From: Myxococcota bacterium
GTDB taxonomy: Bacteria; Myxococcota_A; UBA9160; JAFDDA01
Reading direction: 5' to 3'
DNA length: 64,000 nucleotides
Assembly: GCA_965228475.1 (NCBI GenBank)
Contig: OZ245817.1
Span: 4,448,001-4,512,000 of the forward strand
Of this stretch, positions 1 through 8,814 are shown piece after piece (positions within the stretch are counted from its first letter, which is position 1; every line of letters begins with the position of its first letter). The notes beneath the pieces are model-generated. The model did not search any database. It was not told the origin of the DNA and saw only the letters and a program-made list of their open reading frames with translations. The translations under genes and the position numbers were made by a program.

Positions 1-4
1 AGAG

Positions 5-31
5 TCGCCCGGAGCGCCCGGCTCCGGGCGA
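5..31 (-). terminator. Possible terminator hairpin downstream of the DUF4332 gene
   Basis: 11-bp perfect inverted repeat TCGCCCGGAGC-N5-GCTCCGGGCGA just past the stop; no U-tract visible before the window edge. Confidence 0.4.
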
Positions 32-37
32 GACATC

Positions 38-445
38 TCAGTACTCGACCTTGCGCGGGAGCTCCGCGGCCTGGGCCACCCAATCCGTGACCTGCTTGGC
101 GGAGGGAACCTGGCGGGTGAGCTTCTTTTCCTCGTTCACCTCGGCCATCTTGGCGGCGAGGTTCTCGGCGTTGCGCTGGGCGAGCTCCTTCACCGTGTCG
201 ACGCCCGAGCACTCGAGCAGCTCCGCGTACTCGCCGGCGACGCCCTTGATGCGGAAGAGATCGGCCATGTTCACCCAGCCGAGCACGAGCTTGTCGGAGA
301 GGTCGCACTTCTCCGCGATCTCCTTGCGGCCCTTGGGCGTGCAGCCCTTCTCGAGCAGGTCGTCCGTGGTCTTGATGCCCGCGGCCTCGAGCTTCTCGCC
401 GTAGGCGGGGCCGATGCCTTCGATCTCCTGGATGGGCTTTCCCAT
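38..445 (-). CDS. DUF4332 domain protein (helix-hairpin-helix)
   Basis: IEGIGP and ADLFRIKGV HhH motifs, LLECSGVDTVKELAQRN; GGAGG RBS. Confidence 0.85.
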   Translation of the reverse strand: MGKPIQEIEGIGPAYGEKLEAAGIKTTDDLLEKGCTPKGRKEIAEKCDLSDKLVLGWVNMADLFRIKGVAGEYAELLECSGVDTVKELAQRNAENLAAKMAEVNEEKKLTRQVPSAKQVTDWVAQAAELPRKVEY

Positions 446-596
446 TGCGTTCCTCCTTGGTTGCGGGCCTGTCCATCGGACCCGCTGCGGGCAGCATATC
501 TCGCTGCGCCGACGGGTCCGGCGGGAACGGGCAAACCGCCCGACGTTTTCTCGGAGTTCAATGCAACGGACGGCGGCGGCGTCACACCGCGGGAGG

Positions 597-3074
597 TCAG
601 GCCAGGGACGAGGCGTCGAAGAGCGGCTCGGGACGGCCCCCGGGGCCCGTCCGCCACGGGGTCCAGACCAGCAGGATCGGCTCGACGGCCAGGTCGCCCT
701 TGCGCGGACGGACCGTACGCGTCTTCACCTCGACCGCCTCGACGTCGACGGGCATCTCGAAGGCGGCCAGGGCGTCCTTGAACTCGGCCTCGAGCGCCTC
801 GAGCTTCTCGACCAGGGCGGCGTGCTTTTCCACGGCCCGCTCGACGTCGCCCCGCTCCTGGGAGACGCGGCCCATCGTCCGCGCCGTCGTCGCCGCGCGC
901 CCGACGGTGCCGACGCTCTTCACCTTGCGGCCGAACAGGGCGCCGATCACGGTCGCCCCCATCGAGACCATCGTCTTCATCTTCTGGTGCTTGACCTGCT
1001 CCTGCTCCTTCTCGATGCGCGCCTCGGCCGTGCGGATGCGCTCCTCGAGCCGGGCCAGTTTCGGCCCGTAGCGCTTGCGGAGCTTCTCGACCTCGAGATC
1101 GCGCTTCTCCCGCAGGGCGTGGCGGAGGCTCCCCCGGAACTCGGCCTCGCTCTCGCCGGGCTTCGACCAGCGCTTGAGCTTCGTGTGGCCATAGAGGGTC
1201 AGCGGGTGCTCACGGTAGAGGGAACTCTTGAGCCGCTTCCCCCAGGTCCCGTAGCTCTTCGCGCGCTGGGCCTTGCCCGGCAGCGGATCGAAGGAACCCG
1301 TGGCCGGAGGCTCCCCCTCGAGCGGGGGCAGCGAGGGCAGGACCTCCGCGTCCGTCCACGGATCCGAAGCGACCGGCTCGTCGAGCAGGGCCAGGGCGTG
1401 GACGTCGCGCCAGAAATCGACGCCGGAGGTGCGGTCCGCATAGTGGAGCTGGGCCGAGCCGAGCAGCGCGGGGCGCCAGAAGATCTCCCCCGCGCCCGAC
1501 GGCCCCGGGACGAGGAAGCGTTCGGCCACCTCGGGCGGGAGGATCGGGCGGCCTTCGGCTTCGGCCTCCGCGGGCACCGGCGCGCTCTGGCTCTTCGCCG
1601 CGCGCTTGCGCTTCGTCTTCTTCGCGACCTTCTTCTTGGCCTGCTCCGCCTTCGGCGCGTCGGCGCCGGCGAGCTCGCGGATCTGTTGGCGCGTGAGCGG
1701 CCCGCGCAGGTACGAGAGCGCCCAGCGCGTGTGGAACAGGACCGGCGCGTCCTCGTGCACGTTGTTCATCAGGAAGACGCGGCTCTTCAGGCCCGAGAGC
1801 ATGCGATCCATCTCGGCCCGGTCGAAGCTCGCGCCGGAGGAGGTGGCCGCACCTTCGAGGCCGTCGAGCACGCGCAGCTTGTCGCGCTCCGCCTGGAGCC
1901 GGCCGAGGAACCAGGTGCCGCAGTTCGCGAGGCCCTTGTAGTCGAGATCCACGGGGTTCTGCGTCGAGAGCACGCAGCCCACGCCGAAGGCACGCGCCTG
2001 CTTCAAGAGCGTGAGCATCGGGCGCTTCGAGGGCGGCTCGGCGCTCGGCGGGAAGTAGCCGAAGATCTCGTCCATGTAGAGCAGCGCGCGCAGGCTCGAC
2101 GTGCCGGGCTGGCCGCGCATCCACGCGACGAGCTCGTTCAGGAGCTGGGTCACGAAGAACATCCGCTCGCGGTCCGAGAGGTGCGCGATCGAGAGCACCG
2201 CGATGCGCGGGCGGCCGTCCTCGGCATAGAGCAGGCTCCCGATGTCGAGAGGCTCGCCCTCCATCCACGCCGCGAAGCCCGGCGAGGCGAGCAGGTTGTT
2301 CATGCGCATGGCGAGCTCGAAGCGGTCGTCGGCGGGGAAGAAGCTCTCGAGGTCGAGGACGCCGAGGCGATCGAAGGGCGGTTGCTGGATCTCGGCCACG
2401 AGGCGGGCGAAGTCGAGGTCGCGGCCTTCGCGCCAGGCCCGGTCGAGCAGGTTCGAGAGCAGGATGTGCTCGCGGCTGCGGATCGGGTCCGCATCCACGT
2501 CGAGCAGCGAGAGCAGGCCCGAGACCGTGGCGGCGACGCGGTCGGCCATGGCGTCCGGATCCTCGGCGAGCTCCGGCGGCGGCGCGGCGAGCGAGCGCAG
2601 CACGCGCAGCGGCCGGCCCGCGCGGCTGCCGGGTGTATAGATCGTGAGGTCGGCGCGCTCGCGCAGGCGGCGGATGCGCTTGCCGTCCTGCCCCCAGCTC
2701 GCGAGCCCGTCCTTCCAGAGCTTCGCGGTCTTGGCCGCGTGGGAGGCGACCGTCTCGCCCTTGCGCGCGGCCTCCGCCGGGTCGATCCACGGCTCGAAGG
2801 AGGCGGCGTCGAGCTTCGGGAAGGTGAGCAGGAGGTTGCCGAGGTCGCCCTTCGGATCGATCGCGAGCGCCGGGATGCCGTCGATGGCCGCCTCTTCGAG
2901 GAGCGAGAGACAAAGCCCCGTCTTCCCGCTGCCCGTCATGCCGACGCACAGGGCGTGGGTCGTCAGATCCTTCGAGTCGTAGAGCAGCAGCTCGTCGCGG
3001 GTCTCCCCGGCCTCCGCATCCCACGTCTTGCCGAGATAGAACGAACCGAGCTTCTCGAAATCGACCTTCGCCAA
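597..3074 (-). CDS. HerA/DUF87-DUF853-like P-loop ATPase with C-terminal coiled coil
   Basis: Walker A GMTGSGKT, IDPKGD, Walker B LLYMDEIFG, QARAFG, STQNP; TTG start with GAGGAGG RBS. Confidence 0.85.
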   Translation of the reverse strand: MAKVDFEKLGSFYLGKTWDAEAGETRDELLLYDSKDLTTHALCVGMTGSGKTGLCLSLLEEAAIDGIPALAIDPKGDLGNLLLTFPKLDAASFEPWIDPAEAARKGETVASHAAKTAKLWKDGLASWGQDGKRIRRLRERADLTIYTPGSRAGRPLRVLRSLAAPPPELAEDPDAMADRVAATVSGLLSLLDVDADPIRSREHILLSNLLDRAWREGRDLDFARLVAEIQQPPFDRLGVLDLESFFPADDRFELAMRMNNLLASPGFAAWMEGEPLDIGSLLYAEDGRPRIAVLSIAHLSDRERMFFVTQLLNELVAWMRGQPGTSSLRALLYMDEIFGYFPPSAEPPSKRPMLTLLKQARAFGVGCVLSTQNPVDLDYKGLANCGTWFLGRLQAERDKLRVLDGLEGAATSSGASFDRAEMDRMLSGLKSRVFLMNNVHEDAPVLFHTRWALSYLRGPLTRQQIRELAGADAPKAEQAKKKVAKKTKRKRAAKSQSAPVPAEAEAEGRPILPPEVAERFLVPGPSGAGEIFWRPALLGSAQLHYADRTSGVDFWRDVHALALLDEPVASDPWTDAEVLPSLPPLEGEPPATGSFDPLPGKAQRAKSYGTWGKRLKSSLYREHPLTLYGHTKLKRWSKPGESEAEFRGSLRHALREKRDLEVEKLRKRYGPKLARLEERIRTAEARIEKEQEQVKHQKMKTMVSMGATVIGALFGRKVKSVGTVGRAATTARTMGRVSQERGDVERAVEKHAALVEKLEALEAEFKDALAAFEMPVDVEAVEVKTRTVRPRKGDLAVEPILLVWTPWRTGPGGRPEPLFDASSLA

Positions 3075-3096
3075 GGGACCCTCCTCGGCCCCTAGC

Positions 3097-3915
3097 TTAC
3101 TTGATCACCTCGTCGACGAGGCGGGCGTTCGGCACGCGGAAGGTCTTCTCGCCGTCCCGGAAGACCGTGTGCACGGGGCCGATCTCCTCGACCACGCCGC
3201 GCTCGCCGGCGACTTCGAGCTGCCGCTCGGTCGGCAGCGTCTGCCGGAGATAGTGGCCGGCGAGGATGCCGCGCATGACCGTCTGGGCCCCGAGGGCGAA
3301 GGCGAGCCCCATGCCGGCCATGACCGCCGCCACCGTGACGGTGATGACCGTCGTCAGGATCTGGGTGTCGACGCCGAGCTGCTCGAGCGTCACCACGCCG
3401 ACCATGACGACGATCGCGGTGCGGGCCACGGCGCCGAGGCCTTCGGCGTAGGAGAGGTTCGCCGCCGCGCCGCCCGAGGTGACGAGGTTCCCGACGAAGC
3501 GCGCGAGGAAGACGCCGGCCGCGAGCACCAGCGCCGCGGAGATCACGCTCGGGATGTACCCGAAGATCCGGGCGATCGCGTTCGAGACGGCCTCCATGCC
3601 GAGAATCTGCGCGCAGGCCATCAGCACCGAGATCATAACGAGCCAGTAGACGACGCCCCCGAGGATCTCGCTCGGCGTCGAGGTCATGGACGTGCGCTCG
3701 AGCGCCCGGTTCAGGCCCGTTCGATCGAGGACCGCATCGAGCCCGGCGCGGACCGACCGCTCGAGCACGGCGCGCACCAGCCGTGCAAAGAGCCAACCGA
3801 TGAGCAGCACGACGAGCGCGCCGACCAGCTTCGGCAGGAACAGCACGGCCGTCTCGATCGATTGTTGAACCATCCCGAGCAGCAGCTCGCGGATCTCGGT
3901 GAATTGCTCGGTCAT
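3097..3915 (-). CDS. Small-conductance mechanosensitive channel family protein (CmpX-like)
   Basis: Repeated TM_helix units (FLPKLVGALVVLLIGW, YIPSVISAALVL), GLAFALG, C-terminal GVVEEIG..VPN beta domain. Confidence 0.85.
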   Translation of the reverse strand: MTEQFTEIRELLLGMVQQSIETAVLFLPKLVGALVVLLIGWLFARLVRAVLERSVRAGLDAVLDRTGLNRALERTSMTSTPSEILGGVVYWLVMISVLMACAQILGMEAVSNAIARIFGYIPSVISAALVLAAGVFLARFVGNLVTSGGAAANLSYAEGLGAVARTAIVVMVGVVTLEQLGVDTQILTTVITVTVAAVMAGMGLAFALGAQTVMRGILAGHYLRQTLPTERQLEVAGERGVVEEIGPVHTVFRDGEKTFRVPNARLVDEVIK

Positions 3916-4163
3916 CGGTCTTCTCCCGGGTCTTGTTCCGGTTCGTGCCCCAGGAGCGCCGCGATCAGGTCGATCAACGGCGCACAGAAGCGCAGCACGA
4001 ACACGAGCGTGGTGAGGTCGATCAGGTCCCTCGTGGTGATCAATGCACGGACCTTCTGAATCGTCTTTTCCGGCAGGTCCTCGGGCGTCTCGGAGGCGTC
4101 CTCGCGCAGGAGCTCGAGGAGCTCCTCCGCGACCTGCTCGTCGGGTCGGGGATCACTGGCCAT
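3912..4163 (-). CDS. Small protein, CfrX-like putative anti-sigma partner
   Basis: 83 aa with one hydrophobic stretch; overlaps both the ECF gene and the MscS-like gene. Confidence 0.6.
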   Translation of the reverse strand: MASDPRPDEQVAEELLELLREDASETPEDLPEKTIQKVRALITTRDLIDLTTLVFVLRFCAPLIDLIAALLGHEPEQDPGEDR

Positions 4164-4731
4164 CGTCTCCCCCCCTTCCTTCTTTGCCGGCGATGCGCCG
4201 CTCGTAGAGCTCCCGCAGGCGCTTGGCGCCCCGGGAGACCCTCATCTTGGCGGCGGACTCCGAGAGATCGAGCTCGGCCGCGATCTCCCCGAAAGTGTGC
4301 CCGTCCACGAAGCGCATGAGCAGGGGAATCCGCGTCCCCGGGTCGAGTTCGTCGAGCATCTCGAGGACGACGGCGCGCAGGGCCGGGTCCGTCGGGGTCG
4401 GACTCTGCGTCCGGGGCACCTCCACGGCGACGGCCTCGCGCTTGCGCTCGAGCTGGCTGCGCTTGCGCAGGAGCATCCGGCAGGCGTTGAGCGTCACGAC
4501 GTTCAGCCAGTGGCCGAACGGGCGTTCGAAGCGGTAGGCCGGGAGGTTCTTGAAGGCCGCCAGGAAGACGTCCTGGACGGCCTCTTCCGCATCGGCCTGG
4601 GAGCGCAGGATCCGGTAGGCGCGCTGGTAGATGCGCGGCGAGTGCCGCCGCACCAGGACGTCGAAGGACTTCGTTCCGTACGGGAGCTCGCCTTGCGCGC
4701 GCTCGACGAGCTCCCGATCCGGATCCAACAC
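4153..4731 (-). CDS. ECF RNA polymerase sigma factor, SigX-like
   Basis: Region 2 (DAEEAVQDVFL..FGHWL) and region 4 (GHTFGEIAAELDLSESAAKMRVSRG); N-terminus ELVERAQGELPYGTKSF resembles Pseudomonas SigX as I recall it. Confidence 0.88.
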   Translation of the reverse strand: MLDPDRELVERAQGELPYGTKSFDVLVRRHSPRIYQRAYRILRSQADAEEAVQDVFLAAFKNLPAYRFERPFGHWLNVVTLNACRMLLRKRSQLERKREAVAVEVPRTQSPTPTDPALRAVVLEMLDELDPGTRIPLLMRFVDGHTFGEIAAELDLSESAAKMRVSRGAKRLRELYERRIAGKEGRGGDDGQ

Positions 4732-4737
4732 GTTCTA
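4724..4737. promoter_or_regulatory. KstR-type operator match overlapping the ECF sigma start codon
   Basis: TCCAACACGTTCTA fits TnnAACnnGTTnnA; its reverse complement shares TAGAACGTGTT with the 6211 site. Confidence 0.5.
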
Positions 4738-4751
4738 GAGCAGGGTTCGCT

Positions 4752-5165
4752 TCAGGAAGCGCGCTGCGCGAGCAGGTCGCGAATCTCGGTGAGGAGCACC
4801 TCTTCCTTCGGCGGCTCCTTCGGCTTCTCCTCTTCCTTCTCCTTGAGCGAGTTCACGCCCTTCACGAGCAGGAAGACGGCGAAGGCGACGATCATGAAGT
4901 CGAGGGCCGTGTTGATGAACGCGCCGTACTTGATCGTGGCGGCACCGGCGGCCTCGGCGGCCTCGAGACTCTCGTAGCTCCCACCGCCGAGCGTGACGAA
5001 GAGATTCGAGAAATCGACCCCGCCGACCAGCTCACCGATGGGCGGCATCATCATGCCCTGGGTGAACGCGTTGACGACGTCCTTGAACGCGGCGCCCATG
5101 ATGATGCCGACGGCCATGTCGAACACGTTGCCCTTGGCAACGAACTTCTTGAACTCCTCCAACAT
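4752..5165 (-). CDS. mscL: Large-conductance mechanosensitive channel
   Basis: [41 protein letters not shown] signatures. Confidence 0.97.
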   Translation of the reverse strand: MLEEFKKFVAKGNVFDMAVGIIMGAAFKDVVNAFTQGMMMPPIGELVGGVDFSNLFVTLGGGSYESLEAAEAAGAATIKYGAFINTALDFMIVAFAVFLLVKGVNSLKEKEEEKPKEPPKEEVLLTEIRDLLAQRAS

Positions 5166-5291
5166 GCGGACCCCTCCCTGCGCGGGCCCTGAAACGCCCG
5201 CGCCTTGCGATTTTTCGGCGCACGCCTGCCATCGGGGCCCGCGCCTCGCCGCCCATGTAATGCGGGGACGGGAGAAAAAGCAACGAAGGGG

Positions 5292-6149
5292 TCAGCCGAG
5301 GGCGGGATTTTCCTTCGGCGGCGCCAGCGAGCCGCGGGTTCGGCTCCAGACCTGGGTGAACTCCGCCCCGAAGAAGAGGATCTGCGAGGAGTAGTAGACC
5401 CAGAGCAGCACCACGACGAGCGAGCCGGCGGCGCCGTAGACCGAGGTCGCCGAGGTCTGGCCGAGGTAGAGCCCGATCAGCTCCTTGCCGACGGCGAACA
5501 GCAGCGCCGTGCCCGCCGCGCCGGCCCAGACGTCGCGCCAGGCGATCTTCGTGTCCGGCAGGTACTTGAAGATCAGCGCGAAGAGCAGGGTCACGACGCC
5601 GAAGGAGACGACGAGGTTCGCGCCGCGGGCGAGCACGTCGGCGCCCGGGAAGAGGCCCGAGAGCCACGTGTCGAGCGCCGAGACGGCGGCCGTCAGCACG
5701 AGCGAGACCAACAGCAGGAAGCCGACGACGAGGATCATCGAGAAGGTCGTGAGCCGCGCGAGGAAGTAGGCGCCCCAGCCCTGGTTCGGGTCGGCCTCGA
5801 CGTCCCAGACGGTGTTCATGGCGTCCTGGAGTTCGCCGAACACCGTCGACGCCCCGAGGATCATCGTCGCCAGTCCGATCACCGTCGCCGCGACGCCTTC
5901 CTTGGGCTGGTTCGCGTTGGCGATCATCTGCTGGACGCCGGCGGCACCGTCCTCCCCGAGCATGCCCTCGAGCTGGGCGAGGATCTCGCCCTCGGCCGCG
6001 CGCTCCCCGAAGAAGAAGCCGATCCCGGCGATCACCAGGACCAGCAGCGGCGCCAGCGAGAAGACGGTGTAGTAGGCCAGCGCGGCGCCGAGCCGGAGGC
6101 AGCGGTCCTCGCTCCACTCGCTGTAGGTGAGCTTGAGCAACTCGAACAT
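5292..6149 (-). CDS. YihY/virulence factor BrkB family membrane protein
   Basis: GAALAYYTVFSLAPLL, YGAAGSLVVVLLWVYYSSQILFFGAEF. Confidence 0.93.
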   Translation of the reverse strand: MFELLKLTYSEWSEDRCLRLGAALAYYTVFSLAPLLVLVIAGIGFFFGERAAEGEILAQLEGMLGEDGAAGVQQMIANANQPKEGVAATVIGLATMILGASTVFGELQDAMNTVWDVEADPNQGWGAYFLARLTTFSMILVVGFLLLVSLVLTAAVSALDTWLSGLFPGADVLARGANLVVSFGVVTLLFALIFKYLPDTKIAWRDVWAGAAGTALLFAVGKELIGLYLGQTSATSVYGAAGSLVVVLLWVYYSSQILFFGAEFTQVWSRTRGSLAPPKENPALG

Positions 6150-6210
6150 GGACGGATCCCCCGGGGGAATGCGGCGGACGCTTGCGATGGAGCGCCATCC
6201 GGAGATAAAA

Positions 6211-6224
6211 TAGAACGTGTTCTA
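6211..6224. promoter_or_regulatory. KstR-type operator upstream of the chsH2 operon
   Basis: Near-perfect palindrome TAGAACGTGTTCTA (TnnAACnnGTTnnA) in the AT-rich divergent intergenic region. Confidence 0.8.
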
Positions 6225-6295
6225 CCCGGAGCGGCCGGCCCCATCCACGGAGAGCCGCTCCCCCTGCCTACTACTAGAGAGGCGTCGAGGTGTCC

Positions 6296-7282
6296 ATGAG
6301 CAACCCCGCCGAAGCCAAGCGGGAGCTTGAAGCGAAGCTCCAGGAATTCGTCGGCCAGGAGACCGGGCCGGCGACGCTCGGGCTCGACACGGTCAACGAG
6401 CCGATGATCCGGCACTGGTGCGAGACCATGGGCGACGCGAACCCCGTCTACACCGACGCCGGCGTGGCCGAGAAGTCCGCCCACGGCGGCATCGTGGCGC
6501 CGCCGACCATGATGCAGGCCTGGATCATGCGCGGCGTCAGCATGGCGCGGCCGCCGGCCGGGGACGTCACCGACCGCCAGAACGAACTCCACGCCCTGCT
6601 CACCGAGAGCGGCTACCCCTCGGTCGTCGCCACGAACTGCGAGCAGGAGTACCACCGCTACCTGAAGCCCGGCGACGAAGTCGCGGCGAGCACCGTGATC
6701 GAATCCGTCTCCGAGCAGAAGGCCACGGCCCTCGGCATCGGATACTTCATCGACACGCGCACGAAGTTCGAGGTCGACGGAGAAGAGGTCGGCTGGATGA
6801 CCTTCCGCGTGCTGAAGTTCAAGCCGAACGCGGCGCCGGCCGCGGCGGCCAGCGACGAAGACGCGGGCGGGCCCATGTCCGGCACGCCGAAGCGGCTGCG
6901 TCCCAGCCTCGGCCACGACAACCAGTGGTGGTGGGAGGCCGTCGACGCGGGGAAGTTCCTCGTGCAGAAGTGCTCCTCGTGCGGCGTCGTGCGCCACCCG
7001 CCGCGCGCGATGTGCGGCGAGTGCCAGTCGATCGAGTGGGAGGGCGTCGAGGCCGAGATGAAGGGCACCGTGCACAGCTTCACGGTGATCCATCATCCGC
7101 AGGTGCCCGGATACGAATATCCCCTCGTCTCGGCGCTGATCGACCTCGAGATCGGCACGCGCTTCGTCTCGAACGTGGTCGGCTGCGACCCGGCCGACGT
7201 GCACGTCGGAATGAAGGTCGTCGGAACGATCGAGGCGGTCGACGACGAAATGAACCTCCCGATCTTCCGGCCGGCGAACTGA
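6296..7282 (+). CDS. chsH2: MaoC-like hydratase fused to DUF35 Zn-ribbon/OB-fold (ChsH2-like)
   Basis: VNEPMIRHWCETMGDANPVY, APPTMMQAW, YPSVVATNCEQEY; C-terminal CSSC..HPPRAMCGEC OB-fold. Confidence 0.85.
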   Translation: MSNPAEAKRELEAKLQEFVGQETGPATLGLDTVNEPMIRHWCETMGDANPVYTDAGVAEKSAHGGIVAPPTMMQAWIMRGVSMARPPAGDVTDRQNELHALLTESGYPSVVATNCEQEYHRYLKPGDEVAASTVIESVSEQKATALGIGYFIDTRTKFEVDGEEVGWMTFRVLKFKPNAAPAAAASDEDAGGPMSGTPKRLRPSLGHDNQWWWEAVDAGKFLVQKCSSCGVVRHPPRAMCGECQSIEWEGVEAEMKGTVHSFTVIHHPQVPGYEYPLVSALIDLEIGTRFVSNVVGCDPADVHVGMKVVGTIEAVDDEMNLPIFRPAN

Positions 7283-7283
7283 G

Positions 7284-8402
7284 ATGGATTTCGACTACAG
7301 CGACGAACAGGAATCCATCCGCGATCTCGCCCGCGAGATCCTCGAGAACGAGATCGACGCCGACCGTCTGAAGGAGATCGGCGCGAGCGACGCCTGGTTC
7401 GACGAGGCGCTGTGGAAGCAGCTCGGCGAAGCGAACCTGCTCGGCGTGGCCGTGCCCGAAGCCCACGGCGGGATGGGGTTCGGCTTCGAGGAGCTCTGCG
7501 TCCTGCTGGTCGAGCAGGGGCGTGCGCTCGCCCCCGTCCCGCTCCATGCGACGGCGACGGCGGGGCTGGCCCTGGCGCGCGCGGGGAGTGCCGCGCAGCA
7601 GGAGGCCTGGCTCCCGGGTGTGGCGAGCGGCGAGGCGATCTTCGCCCTGGCACTGGACGATGCCGCCTCGGTCTCGCCCGAAGCTCCGGCCACGCGTGCC
7701 GAACCCAAGGGCGACGCGTTCACGCTCACGGGCACGAAGCGGTTCGTGCCCTCCGCGCATCTCGCGAAGCGCCTCGTCGTTCCTGCGAGCATCGCGGACG
7801 GCGCCGCGCTGTTCCTCGTCGCTCCCGATGCGCCCGGCGTGACGCTGACCCGGCAGCGCGCCTCCAGCGGCGAGCCGCTCTTCGCACTGACCCTCGACGG
7901 CGCCGCCGCCGAACGCATCGGGGATTCGGACGGAGCCATCGTTCGCTGGCTGCACGAAGCCGCGACGATCGGCCTGTGCGCCCTCCAGACGGGCGTCTCC
8001 GAGAAGGCGCTCGAGATCACCACGGGCTACGTGCGCGAACGCGAGCAGTTCGGCGGGCCGATCGGCGCCTTCCAGGCCGTGCAGCACCGCTGTGCGGACG
8101 GCTACATCGACCTCGAATCGATCCGCTGGACGATGTGGCGCGCGGCCTCCCGGCTGGCCCGCGGCCTCGCGGTTCCGCGCGAAGCGGCCGTCGCGAAGTT
8201 CTGGGCGGCGGACGGCGGCTCGCGCGTCGCCGGCTCGGCGCAGCACCTCCACGGCGGCATCGGTGTCGACGTCGACTACCCGATCCACCGCTACTTCCTG
8301 TGGACGAAGGCCCTCGAGTTCCGGCTCGGCGCCGCCACGCCCACCCTGGTCCAACTCGGCCGCGACCTCGCCGCCGCACCCCCGGAGCCCGCCCGCGCAT
8401 GA
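7284..8402 (+). CDS. Acyl-CoA dehydrogenase, ChsE1/FadE28-like subunit
   Basis: REQFGGPIGAFQAVQH, AQHLHGGIGVDVDYPIHRYFLW; sterol operon context. Confidence 0.85.
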   Translation: MDFDYSDEQESIRDLAREILENEIDADRLKEIGASDAWFDEALWKQLGEANLLGVAVPEAHGGMGFGFEELCVLLVEQGRALAPVPLHATATAGLALARAGSAAQQEAWLPGVASGEAIFALALDDAASVSPEAPATRAEPKGDAFTLTGTKRFVPSAHLAKRLVVPASIADGAALFLVAPDAPGVTLTRQRASSGEPLFALTLDGAAAERIGDSDGAIVRWLHEAATIGLCALQTGVSEKALEITTGYVREREQFGGPIGAFQAVQHRCADGYIDLESIRWTMWRAASRLARGLAVPREAAVAKFWAADGGSRVAGSAQHLHGGIGVDVDYPIHRYFLWTKALEFRLGAATPTLVQLGRDLAAAPPEPARA

Positions 8403-8812
8403 GCCAGACGCTTTCCTACGCCGAAGTCTCCGTCGGCGACGAACTGCCGGCCCTCGACGTGCCCCTCGACACGACCCTGATCGTGAGCACGGCCATCGCC
8501 TCGCGCGACTTCACGCCCGTGCACCACGACAAGGCCGCGGCCCAGGCCCAGGGCATGGGCGACGTCTTCATGAACATCCTCACCACGAACGGCTTCGTCG
8601 GCCGCTTCGTGACGGACTGGGCGGGCCCCGATGCGGTGCTCAAGAACGTCGCGATCAAGCTCGGCGCACCGAATCTGCCGGGCGACACCATGAAGATGCG
8701 CGGCAAGGTCGAGAGCAAGGACGGAGGCGTCGTGTCCGTCTCCGTCGTGGGCAAGAACAATTGGGGCGACCACGTCACGGGCACCGTGAAGCTGTCGCTG
8801 CCGGGAGCCTAG
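8399..8812 (+). CDS. chsH1: MaoC-family enoyl-CoA hydratase subunit (ChsH1-like)
   Basis: IVSTAIASRDFTPVHHD, FMNILTTNG, WAGP; ATG overlaps the upstream stop (3' part of ORF 7412..8812). Confidence 0.85.
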   Translation: MSQTLSYAEVSVGDELPALDVPLDTTLIVSTAIASRDFTPVHHDKAAAQAQGMGDVFMNILTTNGFVGRFVTDWAGPDAVLKNVAIKLGAPNLPGDTMKMRGKVESKDGGVVSVSVVGKNNWGDHVTGTVKLSLPGA

Positions 8813-8814
8813 GC

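Noticed and set aside
597..3074. HerA-based anti-phage system
   Set aside because: No adjacent Sir2, nuclease or other effector gene; the context is membrane channels
5119..5132. Near-KstR box TCGAACACGTTGCC
   Set aside because: One mismatch to the consensus and lies within conserved mscL codons (GNVFD)
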